A stretch of DNA of 63,881 nucleotides, filler included, from Folioceros fuciformis (lineage: Eukaryota): NCBI GenBank assembly GCA_049999805.1. It is 6 parts of 6 records of this genome, joined end to end, with 100 filler letters (N's around TTAATTAATTAA, not from the genome) between each part and the next. Parts side by side here need not be neighbours in the genome. Positions count along the whole stretch, not along the records: positions 37,187 to 52,961 come from JBNGIO010005876.1; positions 53,062 to 57,927 come from JBNGIO010005886.1; positions 58,028 to 62,671 come from JBNGIO010005889.1; 3 more parts are not named here. One strand, given 5' to 3'. Below are positions 51,501 through 62,671 of the stretch, piece after piece (positions within the stretch are counted from its first letter, which is position 1; every line of letters starts with the position of its first letter). Under the pieces are notes generated by a model. That model did not search any database. It saw only the letters and a list, made by a program, of their open reading frames with translations, and had not been told where the DNA came from. The translations under genes were made by a program, and so were the position numbers.

Positions 51501-51726
51501 TTCTTCAGTAACACCTCCGGCAAATCCCGAATTTTCACGGCATGTCACGTCGGCTATAAGTTGGTCCTGCTTCATGGGGAAGGAGAAACACACACACATG
51601 CGCTGACATCTCACGGCAGAGAAGCAGAGCAAACAAAACATCCAAGCCCAGACCAATTGTACCCACCTCCTCCCCTGCAGCCATCCAGGCGCAGCTGAGC
51701 AGCAGAAGGACCCAAATTCCTGCCAT
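48534..51726 (-). CDS. XYLA: Xylose isomerase (many short exons, N-terminal signal-like peptide)
   Basis: [95 protein letters not shown] and [11 protein letters not shown], ending [11 protein letters not shown]. Confidence 0.95.
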
Positions 51727-52418
51727 GGCTCCTCAAATCACCCAACCGAGCTTCCCCGGAGCAAGTACCAAACAAGTCTCCTCTGGTATGTTACCAAGTC
51801 GCAGCTTGTCAGCAGCCAGGACAATGTATCGTGTTCAGTGCCTGCTTACGCTGATAAACGCATGAAACATTACCCGATACGGCGGGAATCCCGGGATCTG
51901 GAAGAAAGGCCGCGTCCAGAAGTGGAACCTACGGAATTTTGTCGTGAGCTGTTGCCATTCGCGGAAGGATCACAGTGTCGTGCATGCGAAGAGTACGTGT
52001 CCACACCAAAAACGAGCATATCCAGATCTGAAAGAAAATCCACCATGCAGGATGTGCCTTATCTCGCTGCTTTCTACCTACATCCCCGAGTCCCGTATTG
52101 ATCTAGCTCACATTTGATGTTACGTATTAGGGGTCTCGAACCTTCTGGTTGGATACCTGTCATTGTACACGGACAAGATTATCCGGAGAAGGAATGTGTT
52201 TTGAGAGATCATCAAGACGGGAATATGTTCTAGATTTCTGTCTTAGACTTGAAACTTATATCATGAGCTGAACGTGCCTACAGCATCTTCTCCTTGGGTA
52301 CCTTAACTTAGGACTGATCTAACATATTATGTTTAATTACAGCGTTCTTTGAGAATGACTCATCCATCCTAGCATATTATGCTTAATCATAGTGTTCCAT
52401 AAGAACGTGTAGAAAGAC

Positions 52419-52710
52419 AGTGGTTATTATACCTCAATTTTTATCTCTTCTTGTAGAAAAACAGTGGTTATTATGCCTAAATTTTAATCTCTTATTGTAG
52501 TGGGAATTTGGGGCTCTTCTTCTAGTGGGAATTCGGGGCCTAAATTTTTATCTCTTCTTGTAGTGGGAATTTGGGGCTCTTCTTGTAGTGGGAATTCAGG
52601 GCCTCAATTTTTATCTCTTCTTGTAGTTGAAATTTGGGGCTCTAGACAGTGGCCGTTATGCCTCAATTTTCATCTCTTCTTGCAATGGGAATTTAGAGCT
52701 CTAATCTTCT
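52419..52710. repeat. Degenerate tandem repeat
   Basis: Repeated CTCAATTTTTATCTCTTCTTGTAG / TGGGAATTTGGGGCTCT units. Confidence 0.8.
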
Positions 52711-53061
52711 AAACTGATATGATGGAGCAAAGACATGAAGATTGTTTTAATGTGGGATCGTTTTACGTGGGTATAAGAGAGTTTGACATAATCATATTCG
52801 AAAAGAGGTACATGAGTTAATTCTATATCATCATATTCCCTATACAAAGCTTTAAGAATTTAGATATCTCTTATCACCAAGATTCGTCCCTCCACATAAT
52901 TTCAACAACTTGCTTGGTGTTGTTGAAAGGGATAACCCTACACTGGTCAACTAACCGACTANNNNNNNNNNNNNNNNNNNNNNNNNNNNNNNNNNNNNNN
53001 NNNNNTTAATTAATTAANNNNNNNNNNNNNNNNNNNNNNNNNNNNNNNNNNNNNNNNNNNN

Positions 53062-56000
53062 GAGTCGGAAGGCGGGGATAGTTCAGGAGAGGAGACTCCT
53101 ACCAAGCAGAAGAGGAAGGCGGGGGCAGGGAAGAGGACTCCTGCCAAAAGGAGACGAGCTAGTGGGCAGGCCACCAAGAGAGGAAGCGGGTCAGCGTCGT
53201 AGGAGGCAGCCTCGGGACAGGCTGAGCAGGAACCAGAGGCTGTCCAGGAGCCAGCAGAGCAAGGATAAGACGAAGAAGAGCTAGAGGCACCTGAGGAGCA
53301 GGTGCTAGAAACGGAGATGGCCTCGCCTGAGGTCATTGCTGAATTAGGGCACATTCCGGAACAGGAAGTCTTCCCAGGATGGGAAAAAGTTTTTAGGAGA
53401 ACTCCTCTAGTGGATAGGCTGCAGGCAGGGGAGCAGGAGAGGCTGCGGGCGTTGCTGGTGAGGTAGATCACTAAGAGGGGAATGGCCCCCGTGGAGTAAC
53501 AGGAAGTGGATCTGCCCAGACTGACCACAGCAATGGTGTAGGCCCAAGCGGACTTGCTCGACCAGGTGGCTAGGGCGCTGACCTGGCTAAGCATGCAGGC
53601 AGAGAGGGAGGCTGAGGCCGGGAGCAAGGAGGCGGAAGCGAGAGGGAAGGAGGCCGAAGCCAGTAGAGCAAGGACAGGACGAAGAAGAGCCAGAGGCACC
53701 TTAGGAGCAGGTGCCAAAAACGGAGATGGCCCCGCCTGAGGTCATGGTTGAATTAGGGCGCGTTCCGGAACATGAAATCTTCCCAGGATGGGAAGAAGTT
53801 TTTAGGAGAATTCCTTTGGTGGATAGGCTGCACCAAGCGAGGGCGGAGATACAGGCGCTGAAGGAACAGCAGGGGACACTCCTAGCTCAGGTGAGGGAAG
53901 CCCATGAGACTAATTTGGAGATGCAATAGGAGATGGCTAGGGCTCAGGAGTTGGAGATGGCCGCAGTGGAACGAGTCTAGAAGCTGGCTAATAGGTACAA
54001 GCGGGAGCGGGACGAGGCCAGGGAGCGAGTGAAAGGGGGAAGGGCAAGGCTAGGCGAAGTAGTCGAATGGCAACGCCGGTAGCCAAAGGGGCTACCGGTA
54101 GTCGAGCGACAACAGAGGTAGTTGAGGAGACTACCGGTAGAGGAGAGACGACGCCGGTAGCCGAAGCCTTGATCCCAGTAGTCGAAGAGGTGCTGGCGGA
54201 GGCGCCTATGCCCAAGCTCTCCAGAAGAGCGACTCGCGCCAGGAGGACTGAGCAGGGGGAAGCAGCAGCTGGAGGGATGGAGGATCCTTTGGTACCCCAG
54301 GAGAGCAGGGGGCAGGTAGCCCGAGGTAGCCCAAGGGAGGAAGGGGTAAGCACCTCCTTTACAACAGAGGGTTGGGTTGTGCTGCAGTATGAGGAGGAGG
54401 CCACTTGCGTGCTGGGCCTCTATGTGGAAGGAGCCCGAGTTCTGAAGTTGTTTTTGTATGTACGTATGGGCATAAGAGGGAGGCGGGGCTACGGCCTGCA
54501 ACTAAGGATCCGTAGGGGGCTCTACTACTACCACCAGCGAGTGTGGGGACTGCCTCACTGTTATTCTGAGGCGGTTCTGGAGGAGTCGACAGAGGAGGAG
54601 GCGCAGCAATGGGTTGAGCGGGAACCCGTCCTCGTCCTCAGTAATCGGCGACAGAGGGAGGAGAGGAGTTCCTTGCGACGGGACCCACCTGCGCCACCGC
54701 TAGTAAGGTCCAGCAGCAGCAGCAACGAGGTGGAGGTCCTCTGGGAGGACTTGCCCGACCAACGGTAGGGTAGAAGGGCCAAAGGTGGGCCAGTAAGCGG
54801 AGGAGCGCGACAGCCATGAGGAAGGCGCCAGCGGCGAGGAGAGAGGCGATAGTAATTGCAGTCTAGGCTAGTTTTTTTTTAGATTGCTTTTGCTTGGACC
54901 TAAGCCGCTCACAATTAAGAGCGCTGACTGACCCCTGACAGACTTTATGGCGGAAGGGACCGCCACTATTGTGTACAAGAGGCCAGTTTGGTGCCTCAGA
55001 AAAACAGTGAGAAACAAGCCCAACATTCCGACCTTACTGGAGCCTAGCAATGGCCGCGGCTAGACAGAGAAGTCTAGGCAGGTGAGCGCATGTAGTGTCC
55101 TGAGGGTGCAGGGTGTGGGTTGTGGAAGCTCCACGACAAAGGGTTCGGGGACGAATCGGGAGGAATAGCCTCGCCGAGTGGAAGTCGTGCTTCCCAACTA
55201 TTCCCGAAATTGTCGTGTAAGGTGGTAGAAGCCGCAGGGACCGAATCTGCTAGACCGGAGTGGAAGGGGCAACCTCTTCCCTTAGTCCCTAACGTTTCAC
55301 TATCTGCTTAAACCACGAGTGAGAGGAGAAGGAGAGAGCCCAGGCAGGGAGAGTTGGAGGAAGGGAACTGAGAAAGAGTGAGACGCTAAAGAATCGAGCG
55401 TGTGAAGGAATCTAGTGGAGAATGGGTGTACGAGTCCACGAGTAAGAGAGCCGACGAGTGTGTGTAAGCCGTGAGTTAAGTTGAGAGATCGTAAACTGAG
55501 TGGTGAGAGTGTTGCATCGCAGGGGTGTGTGCATGACTGATAAGTGGAAGACTTGAGTGCTGAGAGAGGTGGATAACGAAAGTGGCTATGTTCTTTGAAG
55601 AAATGCCTGAGGATTGAGGGCAAGGTTGTGTGTAGGTGTGGTTGGAGTACAGTGAGGTGTAAGCGAGTGTAAGGGGCCTGATCTGGGGTCCCTGACCGAA
55701 ATGCGTGTGTGGGCTGTGACCGTCACGTCCAGACTAAGAGCTGTGTGTGTGAGCGTGGACGCGTTCGTCGTATGCGGATGGGTATGAGAGTTCGTGAGGT
55801 AACCGAAGAAAGTTGGCGACGAACGCTATGAGTGTGTGGGTGTGTGTGTGTGAGAACCGAGTGTCGACGAGCCCTGAGTTGGGGATGATGGGCAAACATG
55901 AGTGATTAGAATGGTGAGGGCGGTGAGGCAAGGGTGGTTGCAGGGAAAAGGCCGCCGTGGCTAATTGTGACCGTGGAGGAGTGTGAGTCTACGAGCAAGT

Positions 56001-56351
56001 CCCTAGAAGAAGAATCGATTGAGGCGTGGGCGAGTGGAGTTCGAGAAGTGGACTGCGTGGCCTCGAAGGCCAGGATAGTGTGAAACCCCTGAACCTCGTG
56101 TAGGTAAGTGTGATCTGGTGAGGTAAGTTGCCTGGAGCTAGTGAGAGAGAGAGAAAGAAGGGAGAGAGCAGAGAGAGAGAGAGAGTGGACCCCACTGAGG
56201 TAGCCAAGTGGCGGTGGAGGTAGCCGAGCCGTGACGGGAGTAGAGGTAGCCGAACGGGAGGTATCTGAATGGCAGGAAGACAAGTGGTAGGTAAGAAGAG
56301 GCTGACCTTGGGTAGTAACTGACTTTGTGAGAAAACCTGTGTTATTTGACA
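53062..56351. mobile_element. Probable LTR-retrotransposon remnant: stop-riddled Glu/Ala/Arg-rich accessory ORF plus LTR-like GA-rich segment ending ...TTGACA
   Basis: The + frame has many TAG stops. There is an internal ~160-bp duplication (53271-53430 vs 53680-53835). The purine-rich segment 55300-56351 ends in a CA terminus. No pol domain is visible. Confidence 0.5.
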
Positions 56352-56389
56352 CAAATCATTCTCTTGGGATCGAATCCCAGTGATATAAC

Positions 56390-56776
56390 TGTTGAGATGT
56401 CACCCCTGCCATGCTCAAAGGAGGTTAAAACAAGTTAGTTGAAGCAAGATGCAGAATCCCAAAACTAAGAGTACTATAACAAGGCTCTTAAACTCAAATA
56501 AAAAGGAGAATTACAAAAACAACACAATACAAGTGAAGAGGGAGTTAGACTACATATACTAAGTGGGTTCATCCCTTCTTTTATGGACCTATGGGTGGCA
56601 CTCTCATTTCGTGCCCAATATGGGATAAATGACCCCAAACCCTACAATACTTTTTTGCCTAGCATAGCAAAGTCTAATAAGCTATATATATATATATATT
56701 AATCATAACCTTAATCACTCTTACCACTAATTAGTACAAACTCAATAAGCTAGATTAGCACTAATTAATCTCAACA
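56390..56776. mobile_element. Probable solo LTR (387 bp)
   Basis: Perfect 9-bp terminal inverted repeat TGTTGAGAT...ATCTCAACA with an internal (TA)n run. The TSD is not clean (ATAAC/TTAAT). Confidence 0.55.
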
Positions 56777-56782
56777 TTAATC

Positions 56783-57927
56783 ATGCTTAACAATAACGAC
56801 AAAGAGGGTTTGTGTGGACCTCGCAGCACCCCCAAGTGTGATATTTTCCTCCACATGGTCACTATATGCTTTCAGAAGCACCCTGAACGGAGGCACCAGA
56901 GGATTGGTACCATAGGGTTTGCAGGAGCCACAACTACAAGTGTAGAAGCAGGAGGGGCTTCAGGCACTGCAAGGGTGTCAAAAAGCAAGCAACAGCGTGA
57001 CAGAGCCAAGGGCAAGGTAGTCTCCACTGCTGACAAGGTTAGCTCTCTCGAGGCTTCTATGGCTGCAATGACAGCTCAACTTGGAGCTTTGACATCTAGT
57101 TTGGCTAGTATATTGGCTCTTCCAAACCAGTTAGCATAGTGAAGTTGGTAGTGACGGATCGCTAGAGGAGCATGGTGAAGGAGAGAAGAGGAGGAAAGGA
57201 GGAGGAGAAAAATAGGTCACACTCTCACAATGAGTCTCCATAGCAAGGAAGCTCAAGGGGGTATTTATACCCTCTAGAAGAGCTCCCTAGGAAGCTTCAC
57301 AAGAAGCGCACAAGAAGTTGCGCAAGAAGCTTCCTACATATTAGCTTAAGCTAATCTAAACTAATGATACTTAACCAGACACTAATCTTAGACAAAAACC
57401 CATTAGTCTAAGCACATTGGGGTTTATTAACCCTACAAGTAGTGGTGGAGGAAGATGAAGATTATGGACCTGCACACCATGTGTGTTAATTGACAAGATT
57501 AGCGACAACAGAATGGAGGCTGAACTGCCAGCCACATGGGTGGGACTAGGACACAAACAACATATGGTCATGGGAACAGCTGCAGCCGCCACAAGGCCTA
57601 TAACCAAGAATCGAGGAGCTAGGGCTACCATGCCCAAGTCCTTCTCTCCATTGCCACCTGGATCTACACTTCTAGTTCGAGGTCAGGAGAAGCATGTCTC
57701 CCGAGCTTCACGTTGCCAAGAACCTGGCATGCTCGGTCAAAGACTGTGCAGACTACAATGCCTGCTTCAGATGGCGTGCTCTAGATGAAGTCCTTTCCCT
57801 CATCGAGACATCCACCACGACCTAGCAGCATCTCCGGTTGTACGCCCTCTTGTTCCATTTGCTGAAACAGCTCTTGTGTTCTTCGGCCAGCACCACTCTC
57901 AGCATGGCCCTGGACGACGGCGTTCCA
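56783..57927 (+). mobile_element. Retrotransposon gag-like fragment interrupted by LTR-like sequence
   Basis: Degenerate zinc knuckle KCDIFLHMVTICFQKHPE followed by a coiled-coil-like stretch. The segment ~57140-57480 is LTR-like, with TATAAATA on the minus strand. Confidence 0.4.
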
Positions 57928-58027
57928 NNNNNNNNNNNNNNNNNNNNNNNNNNNNNNNNNNNNNNNNNNNNTTAATTAATTAANNNNNNNNNNNNNNNNN
58001 NNNNNNNNNNNNNNNNNNNNNNNNNNN

Positions 58028-58888
58028 TAGTGGTGTGCGGATTCTTCTTGGTGGCAAGTACCATTGTTCCCCTAGCAAGAAGACGAAGGAGAAGAAGAAG
58101 AATTGTATGATCGTGCACTTGAGGGCATTTCGCTCTGTGGGACTAGGTACTTTACAACTCTGTAGCAAGCCTAGCATGTTTTCTCTGCACCGCTGCAAAG
58201 TCTTCATGATGAGCTCGTTGTACACGGGCTTTGCAGGGTCTCCACAACTCCTTCTCCTTACCGATACTGCCGTATGTATATGATGCTGTACAGTGCAGGT
58301 GAAAGCACATTGGTAGCCAGTATGCCGAGGAGTATCAAGGCACAAGAGCTTGGCAGTTCACAGGAAGCAGGTGAAACTAGCAACCCGACTCACAATCCAG
58401 GCAGTGCGACGCACATATCTAGACTTTTACTTAACGGCAATTCCTCGTCTAGTCACATCCAGGACCGCGTTGCCGTTTCGGCCTTCAAGATACCAACTGA
58501 CCCAACTGCGTGATCAGAAACAGAGAACGTGATACCATGGCTCGCTTAAAATATCGTGGGGTATGTAGGTTGGCATGCACTTAACGTTGACAAGGTTTAA
58601 ATGAAATTCTTGTTCCTCTTATGGCGGCTGACAAGTTATTAAGTGTTTTGTATATCTAAAGTGAAACATGAAGTTACTTTAATATCCGTCACATGGTCGA
58701 GTGGTCTGAAGCACCAGTCCGACAGGTCGCCCACAGGTATTATAGGACGGCTCACCCTTTCAGGCAGGACGACTCACGGTTCACCCCTTCAGGCTGCTGT
58801 GGTCATCCATTCGTACAGTGTACCCGGCCGGGGATCTGCCTAGACGAGACTTTTGTGAGAGTCATCTTCCGACAGCGGTCCCTGAACG
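58028..58888 (+). repeat. Intergenic spacer of a tandem PPR gene array (paralogous to 61677-62625)
   Basis: Near-identical sequence from tagtggtgtgcggattcttcttgg through ...gcggtccctgaa[c/a]gATG in both places. Confidence 0.92.
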
Positions 58889-61633
58889 ATGGCCACTGTA
58901 TGGCAACCGGACCTGTCGGGGACCCAACAAATTGGAATTGCTGGGTGTCCAAGGACTCTACCAGGAACCCCCGCTCACCTCAGCGTCGGGAGTGAACCCT
59001 TTGCAAACAAAGGCTCCAGGTGCAGCAGTGTCAGGAGCCCAGCACTTGCACCTCCGAGAACGAGAACGTGTGTGGGCAGGGACGGGTTTTCCGCCGATGC
59101 TGGTAGTTGCCAGGAGCAGCAGGAGCACTTGTGGCAACAACTTTTTCTGGACCCGACCATGTGGTGGGACAATAGACGAGACAAGAAGAGCTCCCGTTCC
59201 CCTCACTTCCGGCGTAAGGGATCCGGCGAGGTGCTGTGGTTGGACAACAGGTTTAAGCCAGCTTGGGTTGATGAGCAGCTCGTCTCCTTGGATATGCAGA
59301 TGGGTCTCGGTTCCTCTGCTTCCAACTTGAGCTCTCCAGATGATCCTGAACCTGGAAGGCGTACAGGTGGTGAATTGGGCTCCAGGGTCAGCAGTGTAAG
59401 AAACCCAGCACTTCCACATCCAATGGACCATGGAGTCTCTTCTTTCGAGTGCAGCTCTCTGTATAAGCGTGGATCTGGCAGGCGTGCAGAATTGGAAACG
59501 GGCGTCGTAACTGCTGCAACCGTGAGCATGTTATGTCATCAGGGGAAGCTTTCTGAGGCCGCTGCAGCCCTGGAATCTCTGGTGCAGTCAGATTCTGGCG
59601 TTTCTCAGTCTCCGTTTTACACAGTGTTAAAACACTGTACGGCCAAGAAGGATATGGCGGTGGGGCGACGAGTTCATGATCTCACAGTCAAACTTGGGTA
59701 CGAGTCGAATGCATATTTGGGGAACCATATCTTGCGCATGTATGCATGTGGAGGAAGGCTAAAGGAGGCGATGGATGTGTTCAACAGGGTAGGGAAACCG
59801 AATGTTTTCATGTGGTTTTCCATAATCTCTGCACATGCTAAGCACGGGAAGCCGAAGGCGGCCATACAACTGTACCATGAAATGCGTAGGTCAGAAGTGA
59901 AGGCGGATGGTTATGTCTTTGTAGCTGCCCTTCAAGCTTGTGCATTTGCTGGCGACTTAGAATCTGGCAGAACAGTGCACCGCGACGCGTTGCGCAGTGG
60001 CTTCCGGACTGACGTGTTTGTTAACAGCTGCTTGGTGGACATGTACGGAAAATGTGGCCGAATGAAAGATACACGCCAGGTTTTTGATAGCATGAACACG
60101 AAGACTGTGGCGACATGGAATGCCCTGATCGCTGGGTATGCACAGCAAGGACTCGGCCAAGAGGCACTTGTCGTGTATGGACAATTGGAGGAGGCGGGCC
60201 TCGTGGTGGCTGACTGTGTTACTTTTGCCTGCCTTCTGAAGGCGTGTGCAAGGACTGGTGCCTTGCAGAAGGGCAGGGAGCTGCATTCACAGATTGTGAA
60301 CAGAGGTCTGCTGGATAATATAGTGGTGGGAAACTGCCTGGTGGACATGTATGCAAAATGTGGTGAGCTGGAATATGCACGCCAGGTTTTTGACAGCATG
60401 GACACGAAGGATGTGGCGACATGGACGGCCCTGATCGCTGGATATTCACAGCAAGGACTCGGCCAAGAGGCGCTTGTTGTATCTGCACAAATGGAGGAGG
60501 CGGGCCTCGTTTTTGCTGACCGTGTTACTTTTGGTTGCCTTTTGAAGGCGTGTGGAAGCACTGATGCCTTGCAAAAGGGCAGGGAGCTGCACTCACAGAT
60601 TGTCAACAGAGGTGTGCTGGATGATGTAGTGGTGGGAAACTGCCTGGTGGACATGTATGCAAAATGTGGTGAGCTGGAAGATGCCCGCCAGGTTTTCGAC
60701 GGCATGGCGTCGAAGGATGTGGTGACATGGACAGCCATGATCGGTGGGTATGCACAGCAAGGACTCGGTGAAGTGGCGCTTGTTGTGTATGAACAGATGG
60801 AGGAGGCAGGCCTCGTTTTGGCTAATGATGTTACTTTTGCTTGCCTTCTGAAGGCGTGTGCAAGCACTGGTGCCTTGCAGGACGGCAGGAAGCTGCACTC
60901 ACAGATTGTCGAAAGAGATCTGCTGGATAATGTAGTGGTGGGAACCTGCCTGGTGGACATGTATGCAAAATGTGGTGAGGTGGAATATGCAAGCCAGCTC
61001 TTTGACGGGATGGACACGAAGGATGTGGTGACATGGAATGCCCTGATTGCTGGGTATGCACAGCAAGGACTCGGCCAAGAGGCCCTTGTTGTGTATGGAC
61101 AGATGGAGCAGGCAGGCCTCGTATTGGCTGACTGTGTTACTTTTGGTTGCCTTCTGAAGGCGTGTGGAAGCACTGGTGCGTTGCAGACGGGCAGGGAGCT
61201 GCACTCACAGATTGTCAACAGACGTGTGCTGGATGATGTAGTGGTGGGAAACTGCCTGGTGGACATGTATGCAAAATGTGGGGAGCTGGAAGATGCCCGC
61301 CAGGTTTTCGACGGCATGGCCTCGAAGGATGTGGTGACATGGACAGCCATGATCGCTGGGTATGCACATCAAGGACTCGGCGGAGAGGCGCTTGTTGTGT
61401 ATGGACAGATGGAGCAGGCAGGCCTCGTTTTGGCTAATGATGTTACTTTTGGTCTGTTGAACACTCCGAATGGGACACCTCTGATCGTAACGAAGAATCT
61501 ACGCATGTGCAGTGACTGCCACAGCTCCACGGCGATCATGTCGAGGCTTGAGCAGAGAGACATTGTTGTGAGGGATGGGTACCGTGTGCATCGATTCGCA
61601 AATGGTTGTTGCAGTTGTAGGGGTCGACCATGA
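58889..61633 (+). CDS. PDF-motif/PLS-PPR protein with in-frame deletion of E1/E2 and the first half of the DYW:KP domain (ends CSCRGRP)
   Basis: 914-aa ORF. An L motif ANDVTF is fused directly to the DYW segment GLLNTPNGTPLIVTKNLRMCSDCH...RGRP. KP box and HAE are absent. Confidence 0.88.
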   Translation: MATVWQPDLSGTQQIGIAGCPRTLPGTPAHLSVGSEPFANKGSRCSSVRSPALAPPRTRTCVGRDGFSADAGSCQEQQEHLWQQLFLDPTMWWDNRRDKKSSRSPHFRRKGSGEVLWLDNRFKPAWVDEQLVSLDMQMGLGSSASNLSSPDDPEPGRRTGGELGSRVSSVRNPALPHPMDHGVSSFECSSLYKRGSGRRAELETGVVTAATVSMLCHQGKLSEAAAALESLVQSDSGVSQSPFYTVLKHCTAKKDMAVGRRVHDLTVKLGYESNAYLGNHILRMYACGGRLKEAMDVFNRVGKPNVFMWFSIISAHAKHGKPKAAIQLYHEMRRSEVKADGYVFVAALQACAFAGDLESGRTVHRDALRSGFRTDVFVNSCLVDMYGKCGRMKDTRQVFDSMNTKTVATWNALIAGYAQQGLGQEALVVYGQLEEAGLVVADCVTFACLLKACARTGALQKGRELHSQIVNRGLLDNIVVGNCLVDMYAKCGELEYARQVFDSMDTKDVATWTALIAGYSQQGLGQEALVVSAQMEEAGLVFADRVTFGCLLKACGSTDALQKGRELHSQIVNRGVLDDVVVGNCLVDMYAKCGELEDARQVFDGMASKDVVTWTAMIGGYAQQGLGEVALVVYEQMEEAGLVLANDVTFACLLKACASTGALQDGRKLHSQIVERDLLDNVVVGTCLVDMYAKCGEVEYASQLFDGMDTKDVVTWNALIAGYAQQGLGQEALVVYGQMEQAGLVLADCVTFGCLLKACGSTGALQTGRELHSQIVNRRVLDDVVVGNCLVDMYAKCGELEDARQVFDGMASKDVVTWTAMIAGYAHQGLGGEALVVYGQMEQAGLVLANDVTFGLLNTPNGTPLIVTKNLRMCSDCHSSTAIMSRLEQRDIVVRDGYRVHRFANGCCSCRGRP

Positions 61634-62444
61634 GAAAAATGAAGAAGTGAGTGTAGCCAGTGCCAGGCGGATTCCTAGTGGTGTGCGGATTCTTCTTGGT
61701 GGCAAGCACCATTGTTCCCCTAACAAGACGAAGAAGAATACGGAGAAGAAGAAGAAGAAGGAGAAGATGATGAATTGTATGATCGTGCACTTGAGGGCAT
61801 TTCGCTCTGTGGGACTATGTACTTCACAACTTTGTAGCAAGCCTAGCATGTTTTCCCTGCAGTACTGCACACTCTTCATGATGAGCACGTTGTACACGTG
61901 CTTTGCAGGGTCTCGTCAACTCCTTCTCCTTACCAATACTGCCGTATGGATGTGATGCTGTACAGTGCAGGTGAAAGCACATAGGTAGCCAGTATGCCGA
62001 CGAGTATCAAGGCACAACAGCTTGGCAGTTCACAGGAAGCAGGTGAAACTAGCAACCCCAATTAGAATCCAGGCAGTGCGAGGCACATATCTAGACTTTG
62101 ACCTAACGGCAATTCCTCGTCTGGTCACATCCAGGCCCGCGTTGCCGTTTCGGCCTTCAAGATACCAACTGACCGAACTGCGTGATGAGAAACAGGGACC
62201 GTGATACCATGGCTCACTTAAAATATCTTGGGGTATGTAGGTTGGCATGCACTTAACGTTGACAAGCCTTAAATGAAAGTCTTGTTTTCTTATTTGGGTG
62301 ACAAGCATTTAAATGTTTTGTATATCTAAAGTGAAACATAAAGTTACCACCTAATATTCGTCACCTGGTCGAGAGGTTTGAAGCACCAGTCCGACAGCTC
62401 GCCCACAGGTATTATAGGACGGCTCACCCCTTCAGGCAGGACGG

Positions 62445-62520
62445 CTCACACGTTCAGACAGGACGGCTCACGCGTTCAGACAGGACGGCTCACGCGTTCA
62501 GACAGGACGGCTCACGGTTC
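62445..62520. repeat. 22-bp minisatellite CAGGACGGCTCACGCGTTCAGA (x3-4)
   Basis: Read directly. The paralogous spacer at ~58745-58790 lacks the expansion. Confidence 0.85.
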
Positions 62521-62625
62521 ACCCTTCAGGCTGGTGTGGTCATACATACGTACAGTGTACCCGACCGGGGATCTGCCTAGACGAGAGTTTTGTGAGCGGC
62601 ATCTTCCGGCAGCGGTCCCTGAAAG

Positions 62626-62671
62626 ATGGCCACAGTTTGGCAACCGGACCTGTTGTGGACCCAACAAATTG
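62626..62671 (+). CDS. 5' start of the next tandem PDF-PPR copy, truncated by the contig end
   Basis: ATGGCCACAGTTTGGCAACCGGACCTGTTGTGGACCCAACAAATTG (MATVWQPDLLWTQQI) matches the starts at 686 and 58889. Confidence 0.8.

Noticed and set aside
48534-51726. Xylose isomerase as a bacterial horizontal transfer or contaminant
   Set aside because: It has many spliceosomal introns and the plant-type N-terminal extension; the gene is standard in land plants.
59932-61350. 472-aa antisense ORF (also 8546-9022, 3060-3830 and similar)
   Set aside because: It is a mirror of the repetitive PPR coding strand. One stop-free antisense unit is simply repeated, and there is no independent protein signature.
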